A DNA stretch of 64,000 nucleotides, taken from NCBI GenBank assembly GCA_963747235.1, contig CAVVEU010000028.1:1-64000 (forward strand). The letters are read 5' to 3'. The translations under genes and the position numbers were made by a program. The notes beneath the pieces are model-generated. The model saw nothing but the letters and a program-made list of their open reading frames with translations, was not told the origin of the DNA and did no database searches. The stretch comes from an uncultured Candidatus Rokubacteria bacterium (GTDB lineage: Bacteria > Methylomirabilota > Methylomirabilia > Rokubacteriales > CSP1-6). Positions 31,479 to 42,018 of the stretch are shown here, in pieces (position 1 is the stretch's first letter; every line of letters begins with the position of its first letter).

Positions 31479-32045
31479 CTAGCGCACGCGGCGACCGATC
31501 CGGCTCCACCGCGTGTTCCCGCCGGAATCCGAGGACCAGTAGACCCAGGTCGCCAGGCCAATGATCTGGGTTTGCGCCAGCGGCCCCCAGTGGCGGCTGT
31601 CCTCTCCCGCGTTCCGGTTGTCGGCCATCACGAAGACGTGACCCGACGGGATCTCGAGTCGCTCCACGTCCTTGGCCGCGCGCACCTCGTCGGTGAAGTC
31701 CGCGTAGGGCTCGGCGAGCGGCCGGCACCCGTCCATCCGGGGCTCGCAGTTGATGTACACGTCGCGGCCCTGGACGACGATCTCCTCTCCGCCCAGGCCG
31801 ACGATCCGCTTCACCAGCGTCTCGCTCGCGTCGCTCGGGTCGGTGAAGACGACGAGATCGCCCCGCTTCCGCCAGTGCGCGGCCTTGTCCATCATGACGT
31901 AGTCCCCCACCAGGAGGGTCGGGGCCATGGACGTGGACGGGATCCAGACGCCCTCGAAGCGGTGTCGCACGGCGAGGGGCAGCGCGACGACGAGCGCGAG
32001 CACTCCGAGCATGACGACGATCCAGAAGACGCGGCCGATGGCCAT
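31479..32045 (-). CDS. lepB: Signal peptidase I
   Basis: IPSTSMAPTL (Ser), LVKRIVG (Lys), ADNRN..DSRHWG. Confidence 0.88.
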   Translation of the reverse strand: MAIGRVFWIVVMLGVLALVVALPLAVRHRFEGVWIPSTSMAPTLLVGDYVMMDKAAHWRKRGDLVVFTDPSDASETLVKRIVGLGGEEIVVQGRDVYINCEPRMDGCRPLAEPYADFTDEVRAAKDVERLEIPSGHVFVMADNRNAGEDSRHWGPLAQTQIIGLATWVYWSSDSGGNTRWSRIGRRVR

Positions 32046-32095
32046 GCGATCACTATAGACGGACAGCGGCCAGGAGAGGCATGCTTCATGGCGAG

Positions 32096-32947
32096 ATGAG
32101 CACTCCCGCCCTCGACGAGTCACGAGATCGCGTGCTGAAGACGGCCGGAGACGGCGGCATCGTCCTCGCCCACGCCACCGCGGCGCGGGCGGTGGCGGCC
32201 TGGACGCTGGCGCCGGCGCCCCGGGATCCGGCCCGCCATGTCGAGACGGCCCACACGCAGGCCCGCCGTCATCTCGCGCGTCTCACCCGGCACGATCCCG
32301 CCCGCGACGTGCTGGCGGTCATGACCGACGAGCTCTTCTTCCGATTGACCGACGCCCGACCGGCGCCCCTCACCGCGCCCGCGAGTGTGAGCCGATTCAC
32401 CTACACGCCGCGCAAGGCCCTGCGCCGCGTGCTCGATCACGCGCTGGATCATCTGAACCAGATCGACCAGTGGCTGGCGTGGCAGCATCACGGGGTCGTC
32501 CCGGTGCCGACCGATGGATGGGTCCCGTCCACGGTGACCCTGCCCGATGATCGCCTGCCCCTGGCCCCGGCCGATCTCGACGCGTGGCTCTGGCGCATCG
32601 ACCAGGCCACCCGGCTCGTCGTCCAGCGGGCGGCGGCGCTCAGCCGGGCCGAGCTGGATTGGCTGCCGCCCGATGGAGGCTGGCCTCTCCGGCGCGTGCT
32701 CCATCACCTGGCCCGGTCGGAGCGTCTCTACGCGGCCGCGCTCGACGAGGCGCTGCTGGACGACGATCCGGCGCGCCGCTACGAGGAGGCGAGCCGGCGC
32801 CTCGACGACGGCGTGCGCGCGGCCCGGGATCGCGGGCGGGACGAGTCGATCGTCTATGCCGGTCTCTACGGCGTGCTGCAGACGCCGGAAGAGGTGGTGG
32901 CCCTCGTGCTCACCATCGAGGGCGAGCTGCTGGCCCAGGCCCCTTGA
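32096..32947 (+). CDS. DinB-like family protein
   Basis: RRVLDHALDHLNQI and GWPLRRVLHHLARSE motifs. Confidence 0.7.
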   Translation: MSTPALDESRDRVLKTAGDGGIVLAHATAARAVAAWTLAPAPRDPARHVETAHTQARRHLARLTRHDPARDVLAVMTDELFFRLTDARPAPLTAPASVSRFTYTPRKALRRVLDHALDHLNQIDQWLAWQHHGVVPVPTDGWVPSTVTLPDDRLPLAPADLDAWLWRIDQATRLVVQRAAALSRAELDWLPPDGGWPLRRVLHHLARSERLYAAALDEALLDDDPARRYEEASRRLDDGVRAARDRGRDESIVYAGLYGVLQTPEEVVALVLTIEGELLAQAP

Positions 32948-33000
32948 CCTCCATGGTGACGACAGGACTTGTCGGCCTGATTCTGCTAGCATCTGGCGCC

Positions 33001-33738
33001 ATGGCCGACATCACGCCCGCCGTCCGCGCCGATCTCGCTCCGACCGGGAAGCTCCGGGCCGCCATCAACTACGGCAACTTCATCCTCGCCACCAAGGACA
33101 AGGCCACCGGGGAGTCCCGGGGCGCGGCCGTGGACCTGACGCAGGAGATCGCGAAGCGGCTGGGCGTCCCGGTCGAGATCGTCGCGTACGACAGCGTGGC
33201 GATCATGGGCGACGCGGCGCCGAGCGGCGTGTGGGACATCGCCTTCCTCGGATCCGACCCGGCGCGCGAGAAGATCATGAGCTTCACCGCCGCGTATCTC
33301 GAGATCGAGGCGACCTATCTCGTGTCCGGCGCGTCGCCGCTGCGCACCGCCGCGGAGGTCGATCGGGAGGGCGTGCGCGTGGCCGCGCCGGCCCGCGCGA
33401 ACTACGAGCTCTACCTGAGCCGCAATCTCAAGCGCGCGCAGCTCGTGTCCGCGCCGAGCGCCGACGCGGCGTTCGAGCTGCTCGCCACCGGCAAGGTGGA
33501 CGCCCTGGCTGGCCTGACGCAGGGCCTGCTCGGCCTCGCCCCGAAGCTGCCGGGCTCGCGCCTGGTCGAGGGGCGATTCATGGGCGTGCAGCAGTCCATC
33601 GCGGTCCCGAAGGGCAAGGACGCCGGCCTGCTCTACCTGCGCGGCGTCGTCGAAGACGCCAAGAAGTCCGGCCTCGTGGCCCGCGCCATCGAGCGCACCG
33701 GCGCCAAGGGCGTCTCGGTGGCGCCGCTCGCACCGTAG
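33001..33738 (+). CDS. Amino-acid-type substrate-binding domain protein (SBP_bac_3); alternative start 32953
   Basis: LAPTGKLRAAINYGN, WDIAFL; extended -10 box 8 nt before ATG. Confidence 0.8.
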   Translation: MADITPAVRADLAPTGKLRAAINYGNFILATKDKATGESRGAAVDLTQEIAKRLGVPVEIVAYDSVAIMGDAAPSGVWDIAFLGSDPAREKIMSFTAAYLEIEATYLVSGASPLRTAAEVDREGVRVAAPARANYELYLSRNLKRAQLVSAPSADAAFELLATGKVDALAGLTQGLLGLAPKLPGSRLVEGRFMGVQQSIAVPKGKDAGLLYLRGVVEDAKKSGLVARAIERTGAKGVSVAPLAP

Positions 33739-33770
33739 CGAACTGCACCCGACTCTCTGGAGGCCTCGCC

Positions 33771-35236
33771 ATGACCGACAACGGCCACCTGGACGCCCGG
33801 ACCCTTCACGCCCGCCTCAACCATCCCGTCATCGACGCCGACGGCCACTGGCTGGAGTACGGGCCGGTGATGCGCGAGGAGTTCCGCCGCATCGGCGGCG
33901 AGGCCGCGGTCGAGGGCCTGGCCCGGCCAGCCAGCGCGTGCCCAACTCGCTCAAGATGTCGGTGGCCGAGCGGGCGCGGCGCCGGGTCGGGCAGGAGGCG
34001 TTCTGGTCTTCCCCGTGCGAGAACACGCTCGACCGCGCGACCGCCATGATGCCGCGGCTCATGTACGAGCGCCTGGACGACCTCGGCATCGATTTCTCCG
34101 TGGTCTATCCGACCGCGGGGCTGAGCTATCACCGCATGCAGGACACGCGGATGCGCCGGGCCATCTGCCGCGCCTACAACGTCTTCGCGGCCGATCAGTT
34201 CCGCGGGCTCGAGGACCGCGTCATCCCGGCCGCGATCATCCCGATGTACACGCCCGAGGAGGCCATCGAGGAGATCGAGTTCGCGGCCACCCAGCTCGGC
34301 TACAAGGTCATCATGGTCGGCGGGATGATGCGGCGGCCGGTGCCCGCGCTGGCCGAGGAGCGGCCGGACGCGGCGGGCCTGGTCGAGTGGTACGACGTCG
34401 TCGGCCTCGACAGCCCGTACGACTACGACCCGGTGTGGCGCAAGTGCCAGGAGCTCAAGCTGGCCCCCACCTTCCACAACGGCGCCCGCTCCATCCTGCT
34501 GCGCAACTCGCCGTCGAACTTCTGCTACAACCACATCGGCCACTTCGCCTCCGCCGGCCACGCGGTGGCCAAGGCGCTCTTCTTCGGCGGCGTCACCCGC
34601 CGCTTCCCCGACCTCAACTTCGCGTTCCTCGAGGGCGGCGTGGGCTGGGCCTGCATGCTCTACGCGGACCTGATCGGCCACTGGGAGAAGCGCAACGGGC
34701 AGGCCATCCAGTCCACGCACCCGAGCAAGCTCGACCGGGGCCGGCTGCTGGAGCTGGCCCAGAAGTACGGGCGGCCCGAGGTCGTCGAGGCGGTGCGCCG
34801 CGGCGAGGGCCTGGAGGGCGACTCGAACTCCACGCTCACCGGCGGGGTGGAGGACGTGGACGACTACTTCCGCTGCAAGATCGAGCGGAAGCAGGACATC
34901 CGCGATCTCTTCGTGCCGCGCTTCTACTTCGGCTGCGAGGCCGACGATCCCGCCAATGCCTGGGCCTTCAACACCAAGGCCAATCCGATGCGCGCCCGCC
35001 TCAACGCGATCTTCAGCTCGGACATCGGCCACTTCGACGTGCCGGACATGACCGAGGTGGTCCCCGAGGCCTACGAGCTGGTCGAGCACGGGCTGCTCGA
35101 CGACCGCGACTTCCGCGACTTCATGTTCGACAACGCGGTGCGCTTCTGGGGCGAGGTCAACCCGGACTTCTTCAAGGGCACCGACGTCGAGAAGGCCGCC
35201 GGCGCGGTGCTCGCGCAGGCGGGGGCGCGGCGCTGA
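33771..35236 (+). CDS. Amidohydrolase family protein (frameshift near 33920)
   Basis: VIDADGH, FAFLEGGVGW, FSSDIGHFD. Confidence 0.85.
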
Positions 35237-35268
35237 CCGACATGCCGACGACGAGACAGGAGGCGACA

Positions 35269-35556
35269 ATGCGTGGAGCCACGGGTCTGGTGATCGGGCT
35301 GACGATGGTACCGCTCTTCTGGGGCAGCTCCGCTCTGGCGCAGGGCAAGCCGGCTTGCACCGCGCAGGGGAAGGTGAGCACGCCGCAGAAGGTGGACGGC
35401 GAGGTGGTGAAGGTCGATGCCGGGCTGGACAAGGTGACGGTCCGCGGCAAGGATGGCGCGGTGCACGAGTTCCAGGTCTCGAAGGAGACCCTGCGCGATC
35501 TCAAGGCGGGCGATCACATCGAGGCGACGCTGCGAGAAGCCCCGAAGTGTCCCTAG
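35269..35556 (+). CDS. Small secreted OB-fold-like protein
   Basis: AGGAGG RBS, signal peptide, GEVVKVD..LKAGDHI. Confidence 0.65.
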   Translation: MRGATGLVIGLTMVPLFWGSSALAQGKPACTAQGKVSTPQKVDGEVVKVDAGLDKVTVRGKDGAVHEFQVSKETLRDLKAGDHIEATLREAPKCP

Positions 35557-35563
35557 CGCCGCA

Positions 35564-35992
35564 TCACGGGCGACCGGTCCCGCCCGGGGCGTGCGTGAAG
35601 GGGATCTTGGCGAACTTCACCCGGTCCACCTCGATGACGAGGGTGACCGCGTCGGGATTCCGCCACGGGAAGTCCTTCCCGGTGTACTTCCGCGACGTGG
35701 CGTCCTTCACCACGAAGGACGGATCCGGCCGCCGATCGACCACCCGGCCCCGCACCTGGGCCTCGGTGTAGGGATCGTCGAAGTCCACGATCGAGAGCGC
35801 GACCCGCGGATCGCGCCGGGTGTTCTTCGCCTTGAGCGAGCCCTCGCCGGTCCCGACGAGGATGCGGTCCCCTTCGCGCGTCACCCAGACCGGGGCCGAT
35901 TGCGGGGAGCCATCGGGCATGATGGTCGCGAGGTGCGCGAAGTTGGGTCCGTCGATCAGCTTCTTGACGCCGTCGGGCAGGGCCATGGCCAT
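35564..35992 (-). CDS. PPOX-class (putative F420-dependent) oxidoreductase
   Basis: FAHLATIMPDGSPQSAPVW, KAKNTRRDPRVAL. Confidence 0.88.
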   Translation of the reverse strand: MAMALPDGVKKLIDGPNFAHLATIMPDGSPQSAPVWVTREGDRILVGTGEGSLKAKNTRRDPRVALSIVDFDDPYTEAQVRGRVVDRRPDPSFVVKDATSRKYTGKDFPWRNPDAVTLVIEVDRVKFAKIPFTHAPGGTGRP

Positions 35993-36021
35993 GTGCGCCT
36001 CCTTGCCGCCATCATACCCGG

Positions 36022-36531
36022 ATGAAGCGCCTCGTCGACCGCCTCGGGCCGCGCCCGCGCATCCTCTTCGTGGGCATCAATCCGTCGCTGCGGTCGGCCG
36101 AGGTCGGCCATCACTTCGCCAGCCCGGGCAATCCGTTCTGGCGACTGCTCCACGCGGCCCGGTTGACCGAGACCGCCTTCACCTACGAGGACGATGCGCG
36201 CCTGCCATCGTACGGCCTGGCGCTGACCAACATCGTGCCCCGCCCGACCCGGGCGGCCGCCGAGCTGACCCGCGCCGAGTACGCGGCCGGACGCGCGCGG
36301 CTCGCGCGGTTGATCACGCGGGTGAGGCCGCGGACCGTCGCCTTCGTCGGCGTCACCGTCTATCGGGCCTTCTTCGGCCCGGCCGCGAGCCCGGGCCCCG
36401 GGGCCAAGCCGGAGCGGATCGGCGACGCGCGGGTCTTCGTGCTGCCGAATCCGAGCGGGCTGAACGCGGCCTATCCCGGCTTCCGCGACAAGCTGATCTG
36501 GTTCAAGCGGCTCCGCCGTTACACGAAGTGA
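36022..36531 (+). CDS. mug: Mismatch-specific uracil/thymine DNA glycosylase
   Basis: FVGINPS, GHHFASPGNPFW, LPNPSGLNA. Confidence 0.88.
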   Translation: MKRLVDRLGPRPRILFVGINPSLRSAEVGHHFASPGNPFWRLLHAARLTETAFTYEDDARLPSYGLALTNIVPRPTRAAAELTRAEYAAGRARLARLITRVRPRTVAFVGVTVYRAFFGPAASPGPGAKPERIGDARVFVLPNPSGLNAAYPGFRDKLIWFKRLRRYTK

Positions 36532-36583
36532 TAGACTCGGGCCCATTTCACTCCGGTCCATCTGACTCAGAGGAGGATTCGCC

Positions 36584-37371
36584 ATGCGACTAGCCGGGAA
36601 GATCGGGATCGTGACCGCCGCCGCGTCGGGCATGGGACGGGCCGGCGCGCTGCGCTTCGCCGCCGAGGGCGCCCAGGTCGCGGTGGTGGACGTGGACGCG
36701 TCAGGCGTCCAGCGCGTCGTCGAGCGAGATCACCGGCGCGGGCGGCACCGCGCACGGGATCGTCGCCGATCTCACGAAGGACGAGGACTCGCGCCGCATC
36801 GTGTGGGACACGGTCGAGCCGCTTCAAGGGCCTCGACTTCGTGTGGAACCACGTCGGCCACCCCGGGCCGGCCGCGGTCGAGGGCATCGACATGACCGCC
36901 TTCGACCTCGCCATCGATCTCAATCTCCGCACGGTGCTGCTCACGACCGAGGCGGCCATTCCGGAGATGCGCCGGCGCGGGGGCGGCAGCCTGCTCTTCA
37001 CCGCCTCGACCTCGGGGCTCCAGGGCTCGGCGTACAGCCCCGTCTACTCGATGTGCAAGTTCGGGGTGGTGGGCTTCGTCAAGAGCCTGTCGGTGCGGCT
37101 CGCTCCCGAGAAGATCCGCGTCAACGCGGTGTGCCCGGGCCCCATCGACACGCCGATGCTGCGCGTGTTCGTCGCGCGGCCCGATCAGAAGTCCACCGCC
37201 GGCCTGGACCCGGAGGACCTGGTGCGCCGGCGCGCGGCCGGGTCGGTCCCGCTCGGCCGCACCGGCCGGCCCGAGGAGATCGCCAACGCCGCGCTCTTCC
37301 TGCTGTCCGACGAGGCGTCGTTCATCACCGGCGCGGCGCTACCCGTCGACGGTGGCGTGACCGCGGCCTGA
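36584..37371 (+). CDS. SDR family oxidoreductase (frameshifts 36725-36820)
   Basis: TAAASGMG, YSMCK, VNAVCPGPIDT, ITGAALPVDGG. Confidence 0.85.
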
Positions 37372-37396
37372 TCCGCCCCTCATCAAGGAGACCCCG

Positions 37397-37861
37397 ATGC
37401 CGACGCACACGCCCCTGGCGCCCCAGATCGAGCAGTTCATTCACGACAACCCGCAGGGCGTGCTGACGTCGTTCCGGCGGAACGGCCTGCCGCAGCTCAG
37501 CATCGTCACCGTCTACCCGCGCGACGGGGGCGTCGGCATCTCCATCACCGAGAACCGGATGAAGTTCAAGAACCTGCTGCGCGACCCGCGCTGCTCGCTG
37601 CTGGTCTCCCACGCCGACTGGTGGTCCGGGTTCCTGGTCTTCGAGGGCAAGGCCGAGCTCACCCACTCGGGCAACACCGATCCCGAGGCGCTCCGCGCGG
37701 CGCGCCGCCACATCTACAGCGCTACCACCCGGCGCCGCAGCCGGGACTGGGCCGAGTACGACCGCATCACGGAGGCGGACAAGCGCGTGGCGATGGTGCT
37801 GCGGCCCGAGCACGTCTACGGCAGCGCGCTGGCCAAGATGCGCGAGGCGCTGGCCAAGTAG
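37397..37861 (+). CDS. PPOX-class (putative F420-dependent) oxidoreductase
   Basis: GVLTSFRRNGLPQLS, KFKNLLRDPRCSL. Confidence 0.82.
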   Translation: MPTHTPLAPQIEQFIHDNPQGVLTSFRRNGLPQLSIVTVYPRDGGVGISITENRMKFKNLLRDPRCSLLVSHADWWSGFLVFEGKAELTHSGNTDPEALRAARRHIYSATTRRRSRDWAEYDRITEADKRVAMVLRPEHVYGSALAKMREALAK

Positions 37862-37895
37862 GCCCCGCTTCCCCTCACCAGGCTCTCGGACGCCC

Positions 37896-39356
37896 ATGAC
37901 GGAGACACCGTTCGGGGTCGTGCTCGGACGGCAGGCCCAGGCGGCGCCTCGCTTCCCCGCCCTCACGTGCGGGGACGTGACGATCTCCCGGGCGGAGCTC
38001 GAGGCGCGAACCAACCGGCTCGCCCGCGCCTACCGGGCGCTCGGCGTGACGCCCGACTCGCTCGTCACCATCGGGCTCCCGAACGGTATCGGCTTCTTCG
38101 AGGCCGCGGTCGCCGCCTGGAAACTGGGCGCCACGCCGCAACCCATCTCCTCGCGACTGCCGGCGGCGGAGCGCCGCGCCATCGTCGACCTGGCCAGCCC
38201 CTCGCTCGTCGTGGGGGTGGATCCCGCCGAGGTGCCCGGCCGGCCCACACTCCCCGCGGGCTTCGAGCCGGACGCGGCGCTGTCCGCCGATCCGCTCCCG
38301 CCGGCAGTGGCCGCCTCGTTCAAGGCTCCGACCTCGGGCGGGAGCACCGGACGGCCCAAGCTCATCGTCGCGACCCAGCCCGCGATCTGGGAGGCCCTGG
38401 TCGACTACACGACGCTGCTGCGGATGACGCCGGACGGCGTGCACCTCGTCACCGGGCCGCTCTACCACAACGGCCCGTTCACGAGCGGGGCCCTCGCCCT
38501 GCTGCGGGGCAACCACCTCGTGGTGATGCCGCGCTTCGACGCCGCCGGCGCGCTCATGCTGATCGAGCGCCATCGCGTCGACTGGATGTACGCGGTGCCG
38601 ACGATGATGCACCGCATCTGGCGGCTGCCCGAGCGCGAGCGCACGCGGTACGACCTCTCGAGCCTGCGGGTGGTGTTCCACATGGCCGCGCCCTGCCCGC
38701 CGTGGCTCAAGGAGGCGTGGATCGGCTGGCTCGGCGGCGAGCGCATCCTCGAGCTGTACGGGGGCACGGAGGCCCAGGCCATCACGTTCATCACCGGGGA
38801 CGAGTGGCTCGAGCACCGCGGATCGGTCGGGCGGGTCCTCCTCGGCGAGATGCGCGTGCTCGACCCGGACGGCCGGGAGCTGCCCGCCGGCCAGGTCGGG
38901 GAGATCTGGATGCGGCGGGGCCCGGACGCGCCGCCGTCCTACCGCTACGTCGGGGCCAGTGCCAAGTCGCGGCCGGGGAACTGGGAGTCGCTCGGCGACA
39001 TGGGCTGGAAGGACGAGCAGGGCTACGTCTACCTGAGCGACCGCGAGACCGACATGATCCTGGTCGGCGGCAGCAACGTGTACCCCGCCGAGGTGGAGGC
39101 CGCGCTCGACGAGCACCCGCGGGTGGCGTCGTCGTGCGTGATCGGCCTGCCCGACGAGGAGTACGGCAGCGCGGTCCACGCGATCGTGCAGGCGGCCGGG
39201 CCCCTGACCGGCGCCGAGCTGGAGGCCTTCCTGGCCTCGCGCGTGGCCCGGTACAAGCGGCCGCGCACCTACGAGTTCGTGACCATGCCGCTGCGGGGCG
39301 ACGACGGGAAAGTCCGGCGCTCGGCGCTGCGAGCCGACCGCGTCGCCGGCCGGTAG
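37896..39356 (+). CDS. AMP-binding acid-CoA ligase (BaiB-like)
   Basis: TSGGSTGRPK, YGGTE, GDMG, GGSNVYPAEVE. Confidence 0.88.
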   Translation: MTETPFGVVLGRQAQAAPRFPALTCGDVTISRAELEARTNRLARAYRALGVTPDSLVTIGLPNGIGFFEAAVAAWKLGATPQPISSRLPAAERRAIVDLASPSLVVGVDPAEVPGRPTLPAGFEPDAALSADPLPPAVAASFKAPTSGGSTGRPKLIVATQPAIWEALVDYTTLLRMTPDGVHLVTGPLYHNGPFTSGALALLRGNHLVVMPRFDAAGALMLIERHRVDWMYAVPTMMHRIWRLPERERTRYDLSSLRVVFHMAAPCPPWLKEAWIGWLGGERILELYGGTEAQAITFITGDEWLEHRGSVGRVLLGEMRVLDPDGRELPAGQVGEIWMRRGPDAPPSYRYVGASAKSRPGNWESLGDMGWKDEQGYVYLSDRETDMILVGGSNVYPAEVEAALDEHPRVASSCVIGLPDEEYGSAVHAIVQAAGPLTGAELEAFLASRVARYKRPRTYEFVTMPLRGDDGKVRRSALRADRVAGR

Positions 39357-39362
39357 GAAGCC

Positions 39363-39752
39363 CTAGGCCCGGCGCACGGGCACCTCGACCGGGACCTTCA
39401 TCGCGCGGCTGATCCGGCAGCCCTCGGCCGCCTCCTGGAGCCGGGCGAGCTGGGCGTCATCGAACGTGCCCTCCACCACCAGCTCTCCCTCGACGCCGGT
39501 GATCTGCCCCTGGGCTTCCGTCGCGGTGAGGCGGGCCCGGAGGCCGCGCACCACCCACTGCTGGCGCTCGGCGAACCGCCGAACGTTGTTGATGCGTCAG
39601 GCGCCGATGGCGCCCAGGAGGAGCTCCGCGGGCGAGGGCGCGCCGTCCGCGCCCCCGGCCTCCGCCGGCGCGTCCATCTCCAGGCGGTGCGGGCCCGCCG
39701 CTCCCTCGACCTTCATGCCGGACACCCACTGCACCGTCACCGCTCTGCCCAT
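39363..39752 (-). CDS. OsmC/Ohr-like selenoprotein (TGA at 39597-39599 read as Sec52)
   Basis: MGRAVTVQW...PSPAELLLGAIGA-U-RINN...EGCRIS; TGA at the first conserved Cys, second Cys retained; hairpin downstream. Confidence 0.85.
39565..39585 (-). promoter_or_regulatory. Putative bacterial SECIS hairpin CGUUCGGCG-GUU-CGCCGAGCG
   Basis: 9-bp stem, GUU loop 20 nt after UGA; lower stem CGCAUCA/UGGUGCG. Confidence 0.78.
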
Positions 39753-39798
39753 AGGTCCGCGCCTCCCCAGCGCGTCACACCTCCGCCCCGGCGGGCCA

Positions 39799-40668
39799 TC
39801 AGCGGAACCGCGCGATCACGTCCTTGCCGTAGCGCAGGACGTCGTCGGGCGTCTTCACCTGCGCGGGCAGGCCCGCCGCGGCGCTGACCGGCACCGCGAC
39901 GCGCGCCACGCCCTGGCGGGCCAGCGCTTCGATCTCCGCCAGATCGGTGGGCGCCGCGACCGTGATCTCGATCGCCTTCGGGTCGCGCCCGGCGGCCTCG
40001 GCGGCGCGCCGCATCTCGTCCAGGAGCCCGGGCGACGGCGTCCGGGCGGGGAAATAGCCGTCGCCGAGCCGGCCGGCGCGCCGCGCGGCCGCCGCCGTGT
40101 CGCCGCCCACGATGATCGGGATCGACCGCGCAGGCGGCAGCGGCCGGCAGAACACCCGGTCGAACGAGATGAACTGCCCCTTGAACGACGCGCACTCCTG
40201 GCTCCACAGCGCGCGCATCGCCTCCACGTACTCGTCGGTGCGCGGCCCGCGGTCCGCGAACGGCAGCCCGAGGGCGGCGAACTCCTCGGCGAGCCAGCCC
40301 ACGCCGATGCCGAGCAGGACGCGGCCACCGCCGGCCAGGTGGTCGAGCGTCGCCACCGCCTTCGCGGTGACCACCGGGTTGCGCTGCGGCAGGATCAGGA
40401 TCGCGGTGCCGAGCTTGATCGTGCGCGTGGCTCCCGCCACGTAGGCCAGCCAGATCAGCGGGTCCGGGATCGGGAAGTCCTCGAGCCCCGAGCCCATGCG
40501 CCCCGAGGCCGAGTACGGGTAGCGCGACTGGTAGCCGTGCGGCACCACCACGTGCTCGACCGTCCAGATGGACTCGAAGCCCGCCGCCTCGGCGGCCTGC
40601 GCCAGCTCCACCGCCGCCGGTCCGTTGCTGTAGCGTCCCAGGCTCGCGTAGCGAAGTCCGAATTTCAT
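39799..40668 (-). CDS. LLM-class (putative F420-dependent) oxidoreductase
   Basis: GFESIWTVEHVVVP, RNPVVTAKAVATLD, LGIGVGWLAEEF. Confidence 0.88.
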   Translation of the reverse strand: MKFGLRYASLGRYSNGPAAVELAQAAEAAGFESIWTVEHVVVPHGYQSRYPYSASGRMGSGLEDFPIPDPLIWLAYVAGATRTIKLGTAILILPQRNPVVTAKAVATLDHLAGGGRVLLGIGVGWLAEEFAALGLPFADRGPRTDEYVEAMRALWSQECASFKGQFISFDRVFCRPLPPARSIPIIVGGDTAAAARRAGRLGDGYFPARTPSPGLLDEMRRAAEAAGRDPKAIEITVAAPTDLAEIEALARQGVARVAVPVSAAAGLPAQVKTPDDVLRYGKDVIARFR

Positions 40669-42018
40669 GGCTGTCCTCCTTTGAAGGTCAGGGCCAGGAG
40701 CCCGTCGACGTCGGAGAGCGCGGGCAGGCGGCCGAGGGTCTCGAGGAGCCGCTCGACCTGCGCGGTGGGCAGCACGACCCCGGCGAGCCGGCGGAACTTC
40801 TCTTCGACTTCTGGCCGAGAAACGGGGTGGCCCGGGGTGCCCCGCGCGGCCCGCACCGTCTCGTCGAGCACGCGCCCGTCGCGGAGCCGGACCCGCATCC
40901 TCGCCTCGGGGATGCGGAGGGCGGGGTCGGCGACGGCCCGGATCCGGCCCGCCAGCGCGACGAGGCCCGGATCGGGCGCCGCGAAGTCCGACTCCGCGGC
41001 CGCGCCGCCGGTCAGCGCCAGCGCGGCGCAGTACGCGGCGCTGAACTTGGCCTCGAGCCCCGTCCGGGGCTCGGGGATCGCCGCGACCTTCACCGCGAGC
41101 GGATGCACGTGGCACTCGACCTCCGCGATCGCCTCGGCGGTCGGCGCCGCGCGCTCGCGGATCGCGCGGCCGGCGTCGATCGCCGCGTGGAGCAGGTGGC
41201 ACGCGGCGTAGAGCTTCGTGCTGTTGTCGAGGATCTCGAAGCGGGTACCGAGGTCCGCGAGCGCCGGAGTCAGATCGGTGACCCCGACGAACGTGGCGGC
41301 GAACCCGTCGTGGCCGTCCAGGATGCCGGTCGGGCCCGTGAACCCCTCGCGCGCGAGCAGCGCGGCCAGGATGCCGTTCATCGCGGCCTTCCCGGGATGG
41401 AGCGGCTTGCTCATGGTGCCGAGCGACTGCTCGAGCCCCGCGGCCTGGGTCCCCGCGATCCCGAGCGCCCGCCCGAGCTGCTCGGCGGTGAGGCCCAGCA
41501 GCTTGCCGGCCGCCGCGACCGCGCCGAAGTGGCCGAGCATCGCGGTGACGTGCCAGCCGCGGTCGGCGAGCTTCGGGCCGATCACCCGCCCGATCCGCGT
41601 CTCGACCTCGAAGCCGGCGACGAAGGCCTCGACGACCGCGCGCCCCGGCCGGCGGCGCCACTCCGCGATCGCGAGCGCCGCGGGCGCCACCGGCGCCGAG
41701 CCGTGGACGATCGAGGCCAGGTGCGTGTCGTCGAAGTCGAGCGCGTGGCCCTGGGCGCCGTTGGCCAGCGCGGCCAGCAGCGCGCTCGTGCGCCGGCCCC
41801 GCCCGATGATCGTCGCCTGCGGGTCGCCGCCGGTCGCGCCCACCACCGCGTCGAGCGCGGCGGCGAGCGGCTCGGTCGAGCCGCGGATGGCGACGCCGAT
41901 CCAGTCGGTGAGGCAGAGGCCGCGCGGCCTCGGTGACCGCGGCGGGGAGCGACCGGAGCTCGAGCCCCAGCACGAACTCGACCAGCGCGTCCGCGACGGG
42001 CGTGCCTCGATCGTTCAT
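40665..42018 (-). CDS. MmgE/PrpD family protein (frameshift near 41925)
   Basis: HALDFDDTH, GWHVT, SKPLHPG, KLYAAC, AKFS. Confidence 0.88.
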
